A program made the position numbers and the translations under genes. Shown in pieces: positions 1-8,510 of a stretch of DNA of 45,526 nucleotides. The DNA comes from a virus (Duplodnaviria; Caudoviricetes). The notes below the pieces were generated by a model that was given only the letters and a program-made list of their open reading frames with translations, searched no databases and was not told the origin of the DNA. The DNA is taken from positions 1-45,526 of IMG/VR virus record IMGVR_UViG_3300022178_003431; one strand, 5' to 3'. Numbering within the stretch: the first letter of the stretch is position 1; each line of letters opens with the position of its first letter.

Positions 1-715
1 ATTATGGTAACAGTACACTCCGTTAACAATTATCACACCAATCACGGTGAGAGGGTAGCATCATCGCTTTAATCGGACATCTAAGTGGCAGTACAGACGG
101 ACAACCGATCTTGATTGCTGCAACCGCGACAGCGGGAACAACAGTGCACACAGCAGTAGCGGCAACAGATCAAATTGACATGGTGCATCTCTATGCGCTG
201 AATGGGCATACATCATCTGTCGCAGTAACAGTAGAATGGGGTACAGCAACAGCGACTAGCAATCTAGTAGTTACGATACCGGCGGATTCTGGCCTGGTAC
301 GCATCACGCCGGAGGGTGGGCTGCCAGCGCAAAACAGCAATGTTATTGCAGTGTTTGCGGGGACAACCAATGTTGTTGCGATCATGGGCAAGGTCGTTCG
401 GTCAACTACTGACGAGGCGTTCTAATGTCTTATAGCACAAACAATAGCAATTACTGGAAGAGCACAATAAGCAAGCGCGTAGGGTTTCCTGCTGACTCTA
501 TAGAATCAGAAGTAATCACTCTCAATTCTGGACTTGCTACGTTGTCTGGCGTGGATGGTGGTAGCTTTTATTCTGGGGGTACTGATGTGTTAGATCAAGT
601 ATTCTACTTCGATCAAACTGTTTCTAGTTATCCAGCTAATAAAACCTTTACAACCGTTTCCGCCGACAACACTAGTGAGATACAGTATCATAGTGAGGGT
701 GTATTTGCTCAGGTT
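1..715 (+). repeat. Diverged copy of the tail cassette at 44871-45526
   Basis: 75-490 homologous with many synonymous changes; 491-715 matches 45302-45526 except at 562 and 588. Confidence 0.95.
63..425 (+). CDS. Tail-associated beta-rich protein, allele of 44874-45236 (start uncertain: ATC at 63 or TTG at 111)
   Basis: Frame reads GHLSGSTDGQPILIAATAT from 75 as in the other copy; GAGAGGG at 49-55 precedes ATC at 63; in-frame TGA at 48-50. Confidence 0.7.
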   Translation: MALIGHLSGSTDGQPILIAATATAGTTVHTAVAATDQIDMVHLYALNGHTSSVAVTVEWGTATATSNLVVTIPADSGLVRITPEGGLPAQNSNVIAVFAGTTNVVAIMGKVVRSTTDEAF

Positions 716-1093
716 ACATCTGACACAAATATACGTTTTTTGTCTTGGCAAACATCAGCTACTGCTACAAGTTTGGATATTGTACGACACTACATACCTG
801 ACAGTTCACCTATGGAGGTTCGGCATGGGTGGTTATACTGGACGACAAACGGCCTAACCGCTGCAATTACTATTAGTGAAATCCCATCTGATGCGTTTCT
901 TTTCGCGCCTCACTATGGGCAATATACACCAAGAAATATGAAATGGGATAGTGGTCAATCCGTCAGCTCTCGCCCGATACACACTGTAATAACAAACACA
1001 ACGACAATGACTGTAACGCTTTCAGATTCTATAACTGGATCAAAAGGTAAATTAGTACCATATCAAATAATAATGCCTAGCGGGGATCTATGA
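425..1093 (+). CDS. Putative tail-tip/receptor-binding protein
   Basis: 222 aa, S/T-rich beta character, TAATG coupling, downstream of the tail fibre genes. Confidence 0.55.
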   Translation: MSYSTNNSNYWKSTISKRVGFPADSIESEVITLNSGLATLSGVDGGSFYSGGTDVLDQVFYFDQTVSSYPANKTFTTVSADNTSEIQYHSEGVFAQVTSDTNIRFLSWQTSATATSLDIVRHYIPDSSPMEVRHGWLYWTTNGLTAAITISEIPSDAFLFAPHYGQYTPRNMKWDSGQSVSSRPIHTVITNTTTMTVTLSDSITGSKGKLVPYQIIMPSGDL

Positions 1094-1698
1094 TGCAGCA
1101 CAGATTTTTTAACTTAGACGGTACTCAGCTGGAAGGGTTTGGGGGACAGCGGCCTCTTGTTGAACTAGTTGCTGGACTGGAGCTTAATCTTAATCTGGAC
1201 CGCAGTGAATATGCGGTTTTTGAGTATGATCCGGCTTTATTCAATATGCCAACAGGTAATTTATTGGCAAACATTGATCTCACCGACCCTGAAAATCCTA
1301 TTGTCTCCAGCGTTTTTCCCGACGCGCTAAAAAATGAAGCAGAGCAAAAAGCTCGTTTGTCTTTATACGCAGAAGAGCAGTCATTAAGGCACGGTGCTAA
1401 CATGATAGACCCTAACTCTGCCACGTTTGAGACTGTAGCAGACCCAACAAGCGATGCTAACGAGATTCGGCAAGCAACGGGTAGAGCAAGAGCCAAGATG
1501 CACAATGGCAAGGCGCGTGGTGCGGATGGAGGTAACTCGTCTGTAGTCGGTAGCAAAGCACGAAACAATGCAGCGCAAGCTGTTGAAGAGTCGCTAGGCG
1601 TGGTGCTTGTTAATATCGAGCTGGATATTGCGAGTGGGTTGATAACAACTGAGGCTGAGGTTGACGTGCGTATAGCCGTAGTGGATCTAACATATTAA
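1090..1698 (+). CDS. Hypothetical protein, possibly tail fibre assembly factor
   Basis: 202 aa, ATGA overlap; function from position only. Confidence 0.5.
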   Translation: MMQHRFFNLDGTQLEGFGGQRPLVELVAGLELNLNLDRSEYAVFEYDPALFNMPTGNLLANIDLTDPENPIVSSVFPDALKNEAEQKARLSLYAEEQSLRHGANMIDPNSATFETVADPTSDANEIRQATGRARAKMHNGKARGADGGNSSVVGSKARNNAAQAVEESLGVVLVNIELDIASGLITTEAEVDVRIAVVDLTY

Positions 1699-1699
1699 C

Positions 1700-1816
1700 A
1701 TGGCCGAGTCTGTCAAAATATCCACCTTCTGGATTAGCGTCCTGCTCGCGGTTGTACTCCCTGCCATTGCACAGTACATCACGATTCAGGCACGGATAGA
1801 TACTTCATACCAGTAA
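1700..1816 (+). CDS. Small single-TM protein, 38 aa (not in ORF track); possible holin remnant
   Basis: Translates MAESVKISTFWISVLLAVVLPAIAQYITIQARIDTSYQ; fills the intergenic gap. Confidence 0.4.
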   Translation: MAESVKISTFWISVLLAVVLPAIAQYITIQARIDTSYQ

Positions 1817-1834
1817 AAACAAAAGGGACTCGAT

Positions 1835-2044
1835 ATGGCAGACGACGATCATTTCTCCATCAAAGAACACATCACCAGCATGGACGCTAGAATGTCCAAG
1901 CGCCTTGATGAAATACTTGACCAAGCTAAACGCACGAATGGCAGAGTCCAGGAGTTAGAACGATGGAGAGCATATCTTATGGGGATTGGTGCTCTCGCCA
2001 TAGCCCTAGGAATCCCGAACTTAGTAAAGATGATGACGTCATGA
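1835..2044 (+). CDS. Holin-like coiled-coil plus C-terminal TM protein
   Basis: RTNGRVQELERW followed by hydrophobic helix; AAGGGA RBS; lysis-cassette position. Confidence 0.6.
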   Translation: MADDDHFSIKEHITSMDARMSKRLDEILDQAKRTNGRVQELERWRAYLMGIGALAIALGIPNLVKMMTS

Positions 2045-2490
2045 TTAGACAAAAATCGAGCCATACATTTATCATGCTAACCTTATGGGTGTTGGTGGGC
2101 TGGACCGCCACAGTAGGACTAATGCCTTTCATTCCGCTGTCATGGGTTGTCGATCATAAGTATGTAAAGTATGCCGACGTATGTGTCGGTGACGACGTTC
2201 AATCGGTTACCACAAACCGCTATGTTCCGTTTGCATTGTCTGCTACGAGTACCGGAGAAGTACATAAGATTACTGATGGCATACGGGAGGAAACTACCAT
2301 TCGTCGGCATGTTGATTTTGTATACCAGAAAACAAATGAAACTATTGTATATATAATTGAATGGGATACACCGTTTCAAGTTGCTGGTGTGTACGAAGCA
2401 TTGCAGTTTATAGAAGTTAATCTAGGACTCATAACCATATCTGGTGAAGCACCGCGAGGGCGTTTCAAAGTAATTAACTGTGGAGATTGA
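2041..2490 (+). CDS. Membrane-anchored hypothetical protein
   Basis: ATG at 2041 overlaps previous stop; N-terminal TM (FIMLTLWVLVGW) then beta-rich domain. Confidence 0.55.
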   Translation: MIRQKSSHTFIMLTLWVLVGWTATVGLMPFIPLSWVVDHKYVKYADVCVGDDVQSVTTNRYVPFALSATSTGEVHKITDGIREETTIRRHVDFVYQKTNETIVYIIEWDTPFQVAGVYEALQFIEVNLGLITISGEAPRGRFKVINCGD

Positions 2491-2878
2491 TTCGTATGTA
2501 CAGACTATTGGATTTCTTAGAAGGAATGGTCTACCGAGCGGTACAGTTATTCGTAGCCCTACCAGCGTTACTAATGGAGTGCGTGATGCATACGCTACCG
2601 GAAAAAGTATGGCAGGATTTAAACGAGCCTGCATCGAAGAAAGCATTTGGGTTTGCGCGTTGTTCGGCTGCACTAGTCATTTGCATATCCATCATATTAT
2701 TCCTGTTAGCGTTGCTCCTCATCTCGCTGCTGACTGGACTAATATGTGTGTTCTATGTCGTAAGCACCATTATCACGTCGGACATTTGGGCAAGAATTGG
2801 CAGTCGTATAACGCAGACTTGTATGGGACGATCCTGGTAATGCAACGTAACTTGGTAGAAACACATGCAGCGGTATAA
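2480..2878 (+). CDS. HNH endonuclease
   Basis: CALFGC...HIHHIIP...NMCVLCRKHH...GH pattern; start uncertain. Confidence 0.8.
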   Translation: MEIDSYVQTIGFLRRNGLPSGTVIRSPTSVTNGVRDAYATGKSMAGFKRACIEESIWVCALFGCTSHLHIHHIIPVSVAPHLAADWTNMCVLCRKHHYHVGHLGKNWQSYNADLYGTILVMQRNLVETHAAV

Positions 2879-3260
2879 ATTAAAAGACAAGACAGTAAAC
2901 ATAGAGCACCTTCACCCTGTAATGTATAGGGCGCTGGGTGATATTGCAGATGAAGTGCGTGACTATTTAGGTTATACTCCTGTTATAACCAGTGGATGTG
3001 ACGGCACTCATAGTGGATTATTCCATCACATAGGATGCGCTACAGACTGGCGAATATGGCGGACTGGAAAAGATTCACGTAAAATAAGTGAAGAACAACG
3101 TAGAGAGTTGGGTGCGTTGATTCAAAAAACACTTGACAAAATTTATGGACGCGGCGTGTTTCGTGTGTACTTAGAACATAGTACACATATACACGTTGAT
3201 CTTAAAGGGACTAATCGTAAACCGCTCCGTTGGGAGCATGACGTATGGGTACAACAATGA
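2865..3260 (+). CDS. Endolysin, peptidase M15-like Zn peptidase
   Basis: PVITSG...HS...H..G.ATD and HIHVD motifs. Confidence 0.78.
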   Translation: MQRYKLKDKTVNIEHLHPVMYRALGDIADEVRDYLGYTPVITSGCDGTHSGLFHHIGCATDWRIWRTGKDSRKISEEQRRELGALIQKTLDKIYGRGVFRVYLEHSTHIHVDLKGTNRKPLRWEHDVWVQQ

Positions 3261-3622
3261 ACCATGATGAACCAACATTAGATTACACAGCTAAGGCAGA
3301 ACCTAAACTACGAGTACTAACTCCTGAAGAGTACCCTACATGGGAACAGGCTCTTGATTGGGCGTATGACCAAGGGGAAACTCACGGTATGAAAGTGGCT
3401 ATGGCTACTGAAACCCCTCCTAAGCACTGGATGAATAGCTCAACTATCATGGCCGCTCTCAAAATACTTGGCGCACAGTTACCCGTAGCTCTCGCCTATG
3501 CTGCGACTCTGTTCATTGATGGTGACTTTGTAGGTTGGGGCGTGGCGCTAACAAGCGCTATGACGATATGGCAAGTACCCAACGTTATGAAAGGCAGAAT
3601 CAAAGCAGGGGGAATATTATGA
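3257..3622 (+). CDS. Holin-like protein with two C-terminal TM segments
   Basis: ATGA overlap with endolysin; two hydrophobic helices and basic C-terminus. Confidence 0.5.
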   Translation: MNHDEPTLDYTAKAEPKLRVLTPEEYPTWEQALDWAYDQGETHGMKVAMATETPPKHWMNSSTIMAALKILGAQLPVALAYAATLFIDGDFVGWGVALTSAMTIWQVPNVMKGRIKAGGIL

Positions 3623-4026
3623 ACAAAGTATTTTTAGGCGGCACATGTAACGAATCAACGTGGAGATCGAAATTAATTCCTGTACTTGATGTTGAATACT
3701 TTAATCCAGTGGTTGAGGACTGGACACCAGAGTGTCAGCAGATAGAAGAGTATGAAAAGGCAAACGTCTGCAATATCCATTTATATGTCATTACTAATAG
3801 AATGAAGGGTGTTTTCAGTATCGCTGAGGCAATTGAATCCGCAATGACACGCGACAAACAAACAATTCTTCATATAGTTCCCGAGGGTTTTAGTAGCGCC
3901 CAGTTATCATCTCTTCAAGCGGTGGCTAACATGGTGAGAAAGCATGGGGGAATATCGTATCTTTCCGAGGATCTTCATAGAACCGCCAGAGTGATAAATA
4001 ATAGCTATTCAAGTAAGGTGGCATAA
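3619..4026 (+). CDS. Nucleoside 2-deoxyribosyltransferase-like domain protein
   Basis: KVFLGGTC...WR...YFNPVV.DW and FSIAE motifs; ATGA overlap at 3619. Confidence 0.72.
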   Translation: MNKVFLGGTCNESTWRSKLIPVLDVEYFNPVVEDWTPECQQIEEYEKANVCNIHLYVITNRMKGVFSIAEAIESAMTRDKQTILHIVPEGFSSAQLSSLQAVANMVRKHGGISYLSEDLHRTARVINNSYSSKVA

Positions 4027-4027
4027 A

Positions 4028-4186
4028 ATGAAACTACTACCAACCGATAAGATCGGCGCGTATGTGTTTGGCATACTACTTGTGATGTTTGTATCTGCAA
4101 TACTATTTTCAGGAGGGTGTGCAATGTTCGATCCTTGCGCGTACATACCTACTGATTACTCTAATGGAGAATCAAAATGTTTATAA
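4028..4186 (+). CDS. Small membrane/lipoprotein, 52 aa (not in ORF track)
   Basis: MKLLPTDKIGAYVFGILLVMFVSAILFSGGCAMF...; hydrophobic core then SGGC; AAGGTG upstream. Confidence 0.5.
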   Translation: MKLLPTDKIGAYVFGILLVMFVSAILFSGGCAMFDPCAYIPTDYSNGESKCL

Positions 4187-4866
4187 ACAAAAAAATCCTG
4201 CTAGCCACTGCACTGGCTTTAGCTCTTGCAGGGTGCAACACCACTCTTAACTGGAAGTCTGTAACTAATCAGAACAATGGCGACGGTAGCATGCAGTACA
4301 CGCCGTCAAATGATTCTGCACTCAACAACAATACTATCGACCAGATTGGTAACAGTGGTGACACACTGATTGCGCTATACAAAGCATTGCTTGAGAGTAA
4401 AGCAATACCAATACCCAAGATCACTGGTGGAGATTGTAGTGACAAGTCGTGGCAGTTCTGGAAAGAGAAATGTCAAGAAGTCATTGTAGTTCCTGATGTT
4501 GATATAAAGCCGAAGCCTGACGTTGTTGTCACACCACTACCTGATCCTGATGTACCACCAGTTATTAAGACACCTGTTACATCTGATAGTTGGAGTGGAG
4601 GTAACTTGTGGAAACCTATTGCGGAGTCAAGAGGCGGCGTACCTGCTATACTTACTAAACCTTCAATCGGTCAAGCAGACTTACGTTTGTTTACAGAGGA
4701 AGGTGACGAGATACAAGTCAACGAAGAAAAGCGTGGACGTACTAATGGTAATCGAGAGACATACTTTCTTATTGGCATCAAGGCACGTACACTACCGAAG
4801 AACTTGATTTTACATATTGGTGATAGGACTTGGTTAGTTCCTGATCCGAATCAACGTTACGAGTAA
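4177..4866 (+). CDS. Lipoprotein with Pro/Val-rich linker
   Basis: Signal peptide II with LAGC lipobox; GGAG RBS. Confidence 0.8.
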   Translation: MFINKKILLATALALALAGCNTTLNWKSVTNQNNGDGSMQYTPSNDSALNNNTIDQIGNSGDTLIALYKALLESKAIPIPKITGGDCSDKSWQFWKEKCQEVIVVPDVDIKPKPDVVVTPLPDPDVPPVIKTPVTSDSWSGGNLWKPIAESRGGVPAILTKPSIGQADLRLFTEEGDEIQVNEEKRGRTNGNRETYFLIGIKARTLPKNLILHIGDRTWLVPDPNQRYE

Positions 4867-4867
4867 T

Positions 4868-4896
4868 AAAAAAGGCCCCTTAATTGGGGCCTTTTT
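4868..4896. terminator. Bidirectional intrinsic terminator
   Basis: AAAAAAGGCCCC-TTAATT-GGGGCCTTTTT between convergent genes. Confidence 0.88.
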
Positions 4897-4897
4897 A

Positions 4898-5203
4898 CTA
4901 TTCGTAGTCCAGGATTTTACACCTTTGACTTGTCCACCCTACCTCCTCTATCCTCATACCATTTAGCTTTATACTTTCTATTACGTTTAACCACGACCTG
5001 TGTGAATGCATAACAGACTTGCCTGTAGGTACTAACACTCTAGTTTTAAACTTCGTGTTACCTTCACGTTTAACGTCTTCTTGAGTAGTGTAGAACACTA
5101 GTCTAGGCCACGTAGGATCTCCTGGTATTACAGAGAAGGGTTCTATGTACTCTCCTAATGGCTGTATAGGTGAGTACACTAATGCTTCTTTATACATGTA
5201 CAT
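4898..5203 (-). CDS. Hypothetical protein
   Basis: 101 aa, AAGGAG RBS, overlaps ligase stop. Confidence 0.65.
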   Translation of the reverse strand: MYMYKEALVYSPIQPLGEYIEPFSVIPGDPTWPRLVFYTTQEDVKREGNTKFKTRVLVPTGKSVMHSHRSWLNVIESIKLNGMRIEEVGWTSQRCKILDYE

Positions 5204-6407
5204 GTCTCCTTATTCGTTTAAACACTGGTAAGAATAAGCTGTTAATTTCTTTAGACTTACTCTTAACTATGTCGTTGTAACATACCTCCACCAACTGGTC
5301 TTTGTAGTTGTCATTGAAGTCCAGGCCTCTGTCATAGTCACTTAGGCCTGTGCCCACCTTGACTTCTACTTTAACTCCTTCAACAGTGCCTTCACATATC
5401 AATGCACCTAACATAGACTGGTACTTGCCCCTGCCTTCTTCGTAGTCAACACACATAAGTACACAATCTTTTATGGCCTTTTTCTTTATAAGCCTGGGCG
5501 TTCTAGCCCATACATACGGATCATTCATGTACCTAATTATAATGCCTTCATAGCCTAGTCTAAGCTTAGTTTCAAACAGCATATCCACTTCTTTAGGCTG
5601 CTCTATTATAAATTGTGTAGCCAACATTACGTTAGGTAGCACAGGCATACTGTGTAATTTACTATATCTATCGCTATACAGCTCTGTGGATGTTTCAGTA
5701 GCCCAGTCTGTAAGACTAACTACGTCAAACACACAGTACTTATAGTTGTTTATTTCATTTGTAGATCCTTTAAGCACCTTGTTAACGTCACCTGTTATGG
5801 CTGTTCTGCCTGCCTGCATACCATTGCCATGCACCAGTTCTCCGTCATACACGCCTTCAGCACACGTAGCCATCTGCTCTTTTAGTGATGTAAGATCAAG
5901 CTCTTTACCATTACGAGTTTTAAGCTGAACTCCATCTTTAGTTACAAAGGCTAGTATACGGACACCATCATACTTTGTGGATACAGCTACAGGCCAACTG
6001 TCTATCTCTACGTCCTTAGCCAGCATAACCTTAAACTCGTTTATTAGCCCAGGGTACGCTTTGTTAATGGATGTAGTTGATACACCTGCCTTCAGGCTAC
6101 CGGATAGTATTAACCTAAACATTGCCCCGTACTGCTGAGAACAGTGCAGGGCCATGTCCCTTGCTCTATTACCTACATACTGTCTGGAGATAAACGCACC
6201 AATAGCTGTAAACATTTCTTTACAGTCTAGCTCGTCATCAGGTATAAACGTGTTATCCTTAGGAGCTGACACATAGTAGTTAATAGAAGTATCGTACATG
6301 AGCCGAAGACATTCTAGCCAATCTTCGTTGTGCTCTTGAGTTCGTAATACGTCCAGTTTCTTTGTTGTACCTTTAGCTCTTCTAAGCTCATGCACGATAT
6401 TCATCAT
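5190..6407 (-). CDS. lig: ATP-dependent DNA ligase
   Basis: KYDGVR, YDGEL, FDV, EGIIIR motifs and OB-fold VGTG...LPVF. Confidence 0.95.
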   Translation of the reverse strand: MMNIVHELRRAKGTTKKLDVLRTQEHNEDWLECLRLMYDTSINYYVSAPKDNTFIPDDELDCKEMFTAIGAFISRQYVGNRARDMALHCSQQYGAMFRLILSGSLKAGVSTTSINKAYPGLINEFKVMLAKDVEIDSWPVAVSTKYDGVRILAFVTKDGVQLKTRNGKELDLTSLKEQMATCAEGVYDGELVHGNGMQAGRTAITGDVNKVLKGSTNEINNYKYCVFDVVSLTDWATETSTELYSDRYSKLHSMPVLPNVMLATQFIIEQPKEVDMLFETKLRLGYEGIIIRYMNDPYVWARTPRLIKKKAIKDCVLMCVDYEEGRGKYQSMLGALICEGTVEGVKVEVKVGTGLSDYDRGLDFNDNYKDQLVEVCYNDIVKSKSKEINSLFLPVFKRIRRHVHV

Positions 6408-6420
6408 GTTAAATTACTCC

Positions 6421-7314
6421 TTAAACTTCGTTGTTAATAATTTGGTTGAACAGATGCTCGAATGGTACGTTGCACCTATACTCATCACGAGGTAGTGGAT
6501 TATCAAATGTAATACCAGTCCAGTCAACGCCACGTTTCTTAAGCTCAGCTGCATGCTCCTTATCAGGCGGATAAGTATTAACATTAAACTTAGACTGTAT
6601 GGCAGTCATGTATATACCTAACAAAGGTTTAGGAGGCATCTTAGCTTCTAGCATAGGATAGAACTTAAGTAGCTGTTGTCTACATCTTGCCGCTAGTATG
6701 TTGTCAGAAGTTGGTTGATTAGTTCTGTCCAGTCTGGTGTTTATAAACATCATCCAGGACTTAAGATCGCCTGTCATCATATACTTTTGCTCTTGACAGA
6801 AAGGCATGTAATGTCTGGCATCGTAGAACGTCATACCGCTGTCTAAGGCATCCTTGTACAGCTGAAGGGAGTCATTACACAGAGTTATGGCTCTTTCAGC
6901 CAGTTCGCTGTTTTGTACGTATGCTTCGTTATGTAGAAAATCATGCCCTTCAAGTGAGCCCCAGCCAGAGCTCTGGGCCGAGAAGCCAAACATACGATGG
7001 CGAAGTATGTGAGTAACGTTAGTCATGTCCAGGCCTTCAAGAGCCATGGTTATACGAATTGTTTCCATAGCTGTAGGAAGTGTTCTACCTTCAAACATTT
7101 CCATAACTACATCATGCCTGTTCATGCCCTTAAGCTCCATGATTTTTTCTACTTGGCCGTTCTCTTCCAGCCATGTCATACTGACAAACTCAGGTATATA
7201 CTCTTCCAGGTCCTTTACTGTAGGGGCCTGGATTATAGTGGCAGCTATACTTGACAGATGCATTTTATGTTTGGCTGTACCTGTTAAAGGATTTGCTCTA
7301 GTTGATTTACTCAT
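6421..7314 (-). CDS. Divergent ThyX-like flavin-dependent enzyme
   Basis: RHR-x7-S, DARxxxP, GDLKSW..F...R motifs; several catalytic-site positions non-canonical. Confidence 0.8.
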   Translation of the reverse strand: MSKSTRANPLTGTAKHKMHLSSIAATIIQAPTVKDLEEYIPEFVSMTWLEENGQVEKIMELKGMNRHDVVMEMFEGRTLPTAMETIRITMALEGLDMTNVTHILRHRMFGFSAQSSGWGSLEGHDFLHNEAYVQNSELAERAITLCNDSLQLYKDALDSGMTFYDARHYMPFCQEQKYMMTGDLKSWMMFINTRLDRTNQPTSDNILAARCRQQLLKFYPMLEAKMPPKPLLGIYMTAIQSKFNVNTYPPDKEHAAELKKRGVDWTGITFDNPLPRDEYRCNVPFEHLFNQIINNEV

Positions 7315-7595
7315 GTGTTTTTACCTCGTGCTATTGTTTCACTTAATCTTGCGTACCCTTGAATGTCATGCCAGCTATCCACATGATATGGAGTTACTGA
7401 CAGACGGCACAACTTATTTACTATGTCCCACAACATGCCTTTGGCCACTTCAGGCATTTCGACATCACCATTGTTACGTGCATAGTCTTCGGCCAACACT
7501 CTCATAATCTCGGCCCTTGACTTTACGCCTGTACCATAGTCCCCATACACGCTACCCCTGGCCTCAAGGGTAGAGTTAATTGTTTTCTCGCTCAT
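7311..7595 (-). CDS. DUF6378-like protein
   Basis: RG..YG ... K..R ... H.DSW.DI.GYA pattern. Confidence 0.7.
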   Translation of the reverse strand: MSEKTINSTLEARGSVYGDYGTGVKSRAEIMRVLAEDYARNNGDVEMPEVAKGMLWDIVNKLCRLSVTPYHVDSWHDIQGYARLSETIARGKNT

Positions 7596-8079
7596 ATATT
7601 ACATATTCCTCTTCAAATAGTTTAATGCGTTCTTTAGACGCCTCTAACACCTCAGTCATATAACCAGAGTTACCTAGCTTAACCTCGGTCTGTGAAAATT
7701 GCATACACTGTATAGCGTCTGCAAACTTAACCATCTTAGCTTCGACCTTAACGCCCTTCTCATAACTGGCTAGATAACATCTAACTACATATGGTAACTT
7801 CTTTAAGACTTCCTTTTCACTTTCCTTGAATGCTTTAGCTATCAAAGGGTACTTAACCTTTATAGTTCTAGGCACGTCATTCAATTCTATTTCAGGCATG
7901 TCGTGGACAATGGCCATAGCCACTGCTATGCTTATGTCGAAGGCATACTTCTCATGTAGTTTGAATAAGATGGCAGCCACAAAAAATGAATGGCTAGCTA
8001 CACTCTCGCTACGTATTGTATGTACAGTACTATACCTTTTGATATGGTCTAGTACATATATGTCCTCATAATAACTCAT
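7576..8079 (-). CDS. HD-domain nucleotidase (YfbR/DatZ-like)
   Basis: KRY, ESVASHS, VHD..E...D, VKFAD motifs. Confidence 0.88.
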   Translation of the reverse strand: MSYYEDIYVLDHIKRYSTVHTIRSESVASHSFFVAAILFKLHEKYAFDISIAVAMAIVHDMPEIELNDVPRTIKVKYPLIAKAFKESEKEVLKKLPYVVRCYLASYEKGVKVEAKMVKFADAIQCMQFSQTEVKLGNSGYMTEVLEASKERIKLFEEEYVIYERENN

Positions 8080-8510
8080 TGCATATTGCCCTTGTACTGT
8101 CTAAAGGATATTTCACCGTAGGTTATCAACTCTGCAAGGGCCAACTCTAAGTCAAAGTAATCTGTAATAACTTTAGTAGCTGTAGCTGACAGCATGATAT
8201 TGAACGGATGCTCAGTGTTAGTGTAGTAGTAACTAACAGGTATATGCATGGCATGTGCGTATCCACACTCCCACAACGTTCCCATGTCTTTGCCAGCTGT
8301 ACTGGCTATCACAGTTAAACAGTTGTCTATGGCACTTATGTTACCCTGCACTAACGCATAAGGCTGGTCTCCAGGTTTCCAGATGCCTGCCTTACGAGGA
8401 GAGAAGTATGAAACTCCACTCACCTCACACGCATTCTCTATATCTTCAACTGCTTTAAGTTGGTCTGGGCTAAACCACCCACCTGCTATGTATACTTGTA
8501 TTGCTTCCAT
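8076..8510 (-). CDS. Nucleoside 2-deoxyribosyltransferase / nucleotide N-glycosidase family
   Basis: VYIAGGWFS, FSP, DMGTLWECGYA, N.ML motifs. Confidence 0.88.
   Translation of the reverse strand: MEAIQVYIAGGWFSPDQLKAVEDIENACEVSGVSYFSPRKAGIWKPGDQPYALVQGNISAIDNCLTVIASTAGKDMGTLWECGYAHAMHIPVSYYYTNTEHPFNIMLSATATKVITDYFDLELALAELITYGEISFRQYKGNMQ

Noticed and set aside
75-490. Diversity-generating retroelement TR/VR pair
   Set aside because: Differences are not adenine-specific, are mostly synonymous, and no reverse transcriptase was seen
1-715. Biological direct terminal repeat
   Set aside because: Exact match is 127 bp, internal (589-715) and mid-gene; consistent with assembler overlap
2487-2840. 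Hydrophobic 117-aa ORF overlapping the HNH gene
   Set aside because: HNH frame has the recognisable motifs; overprinting cannot be supported from sequence alone
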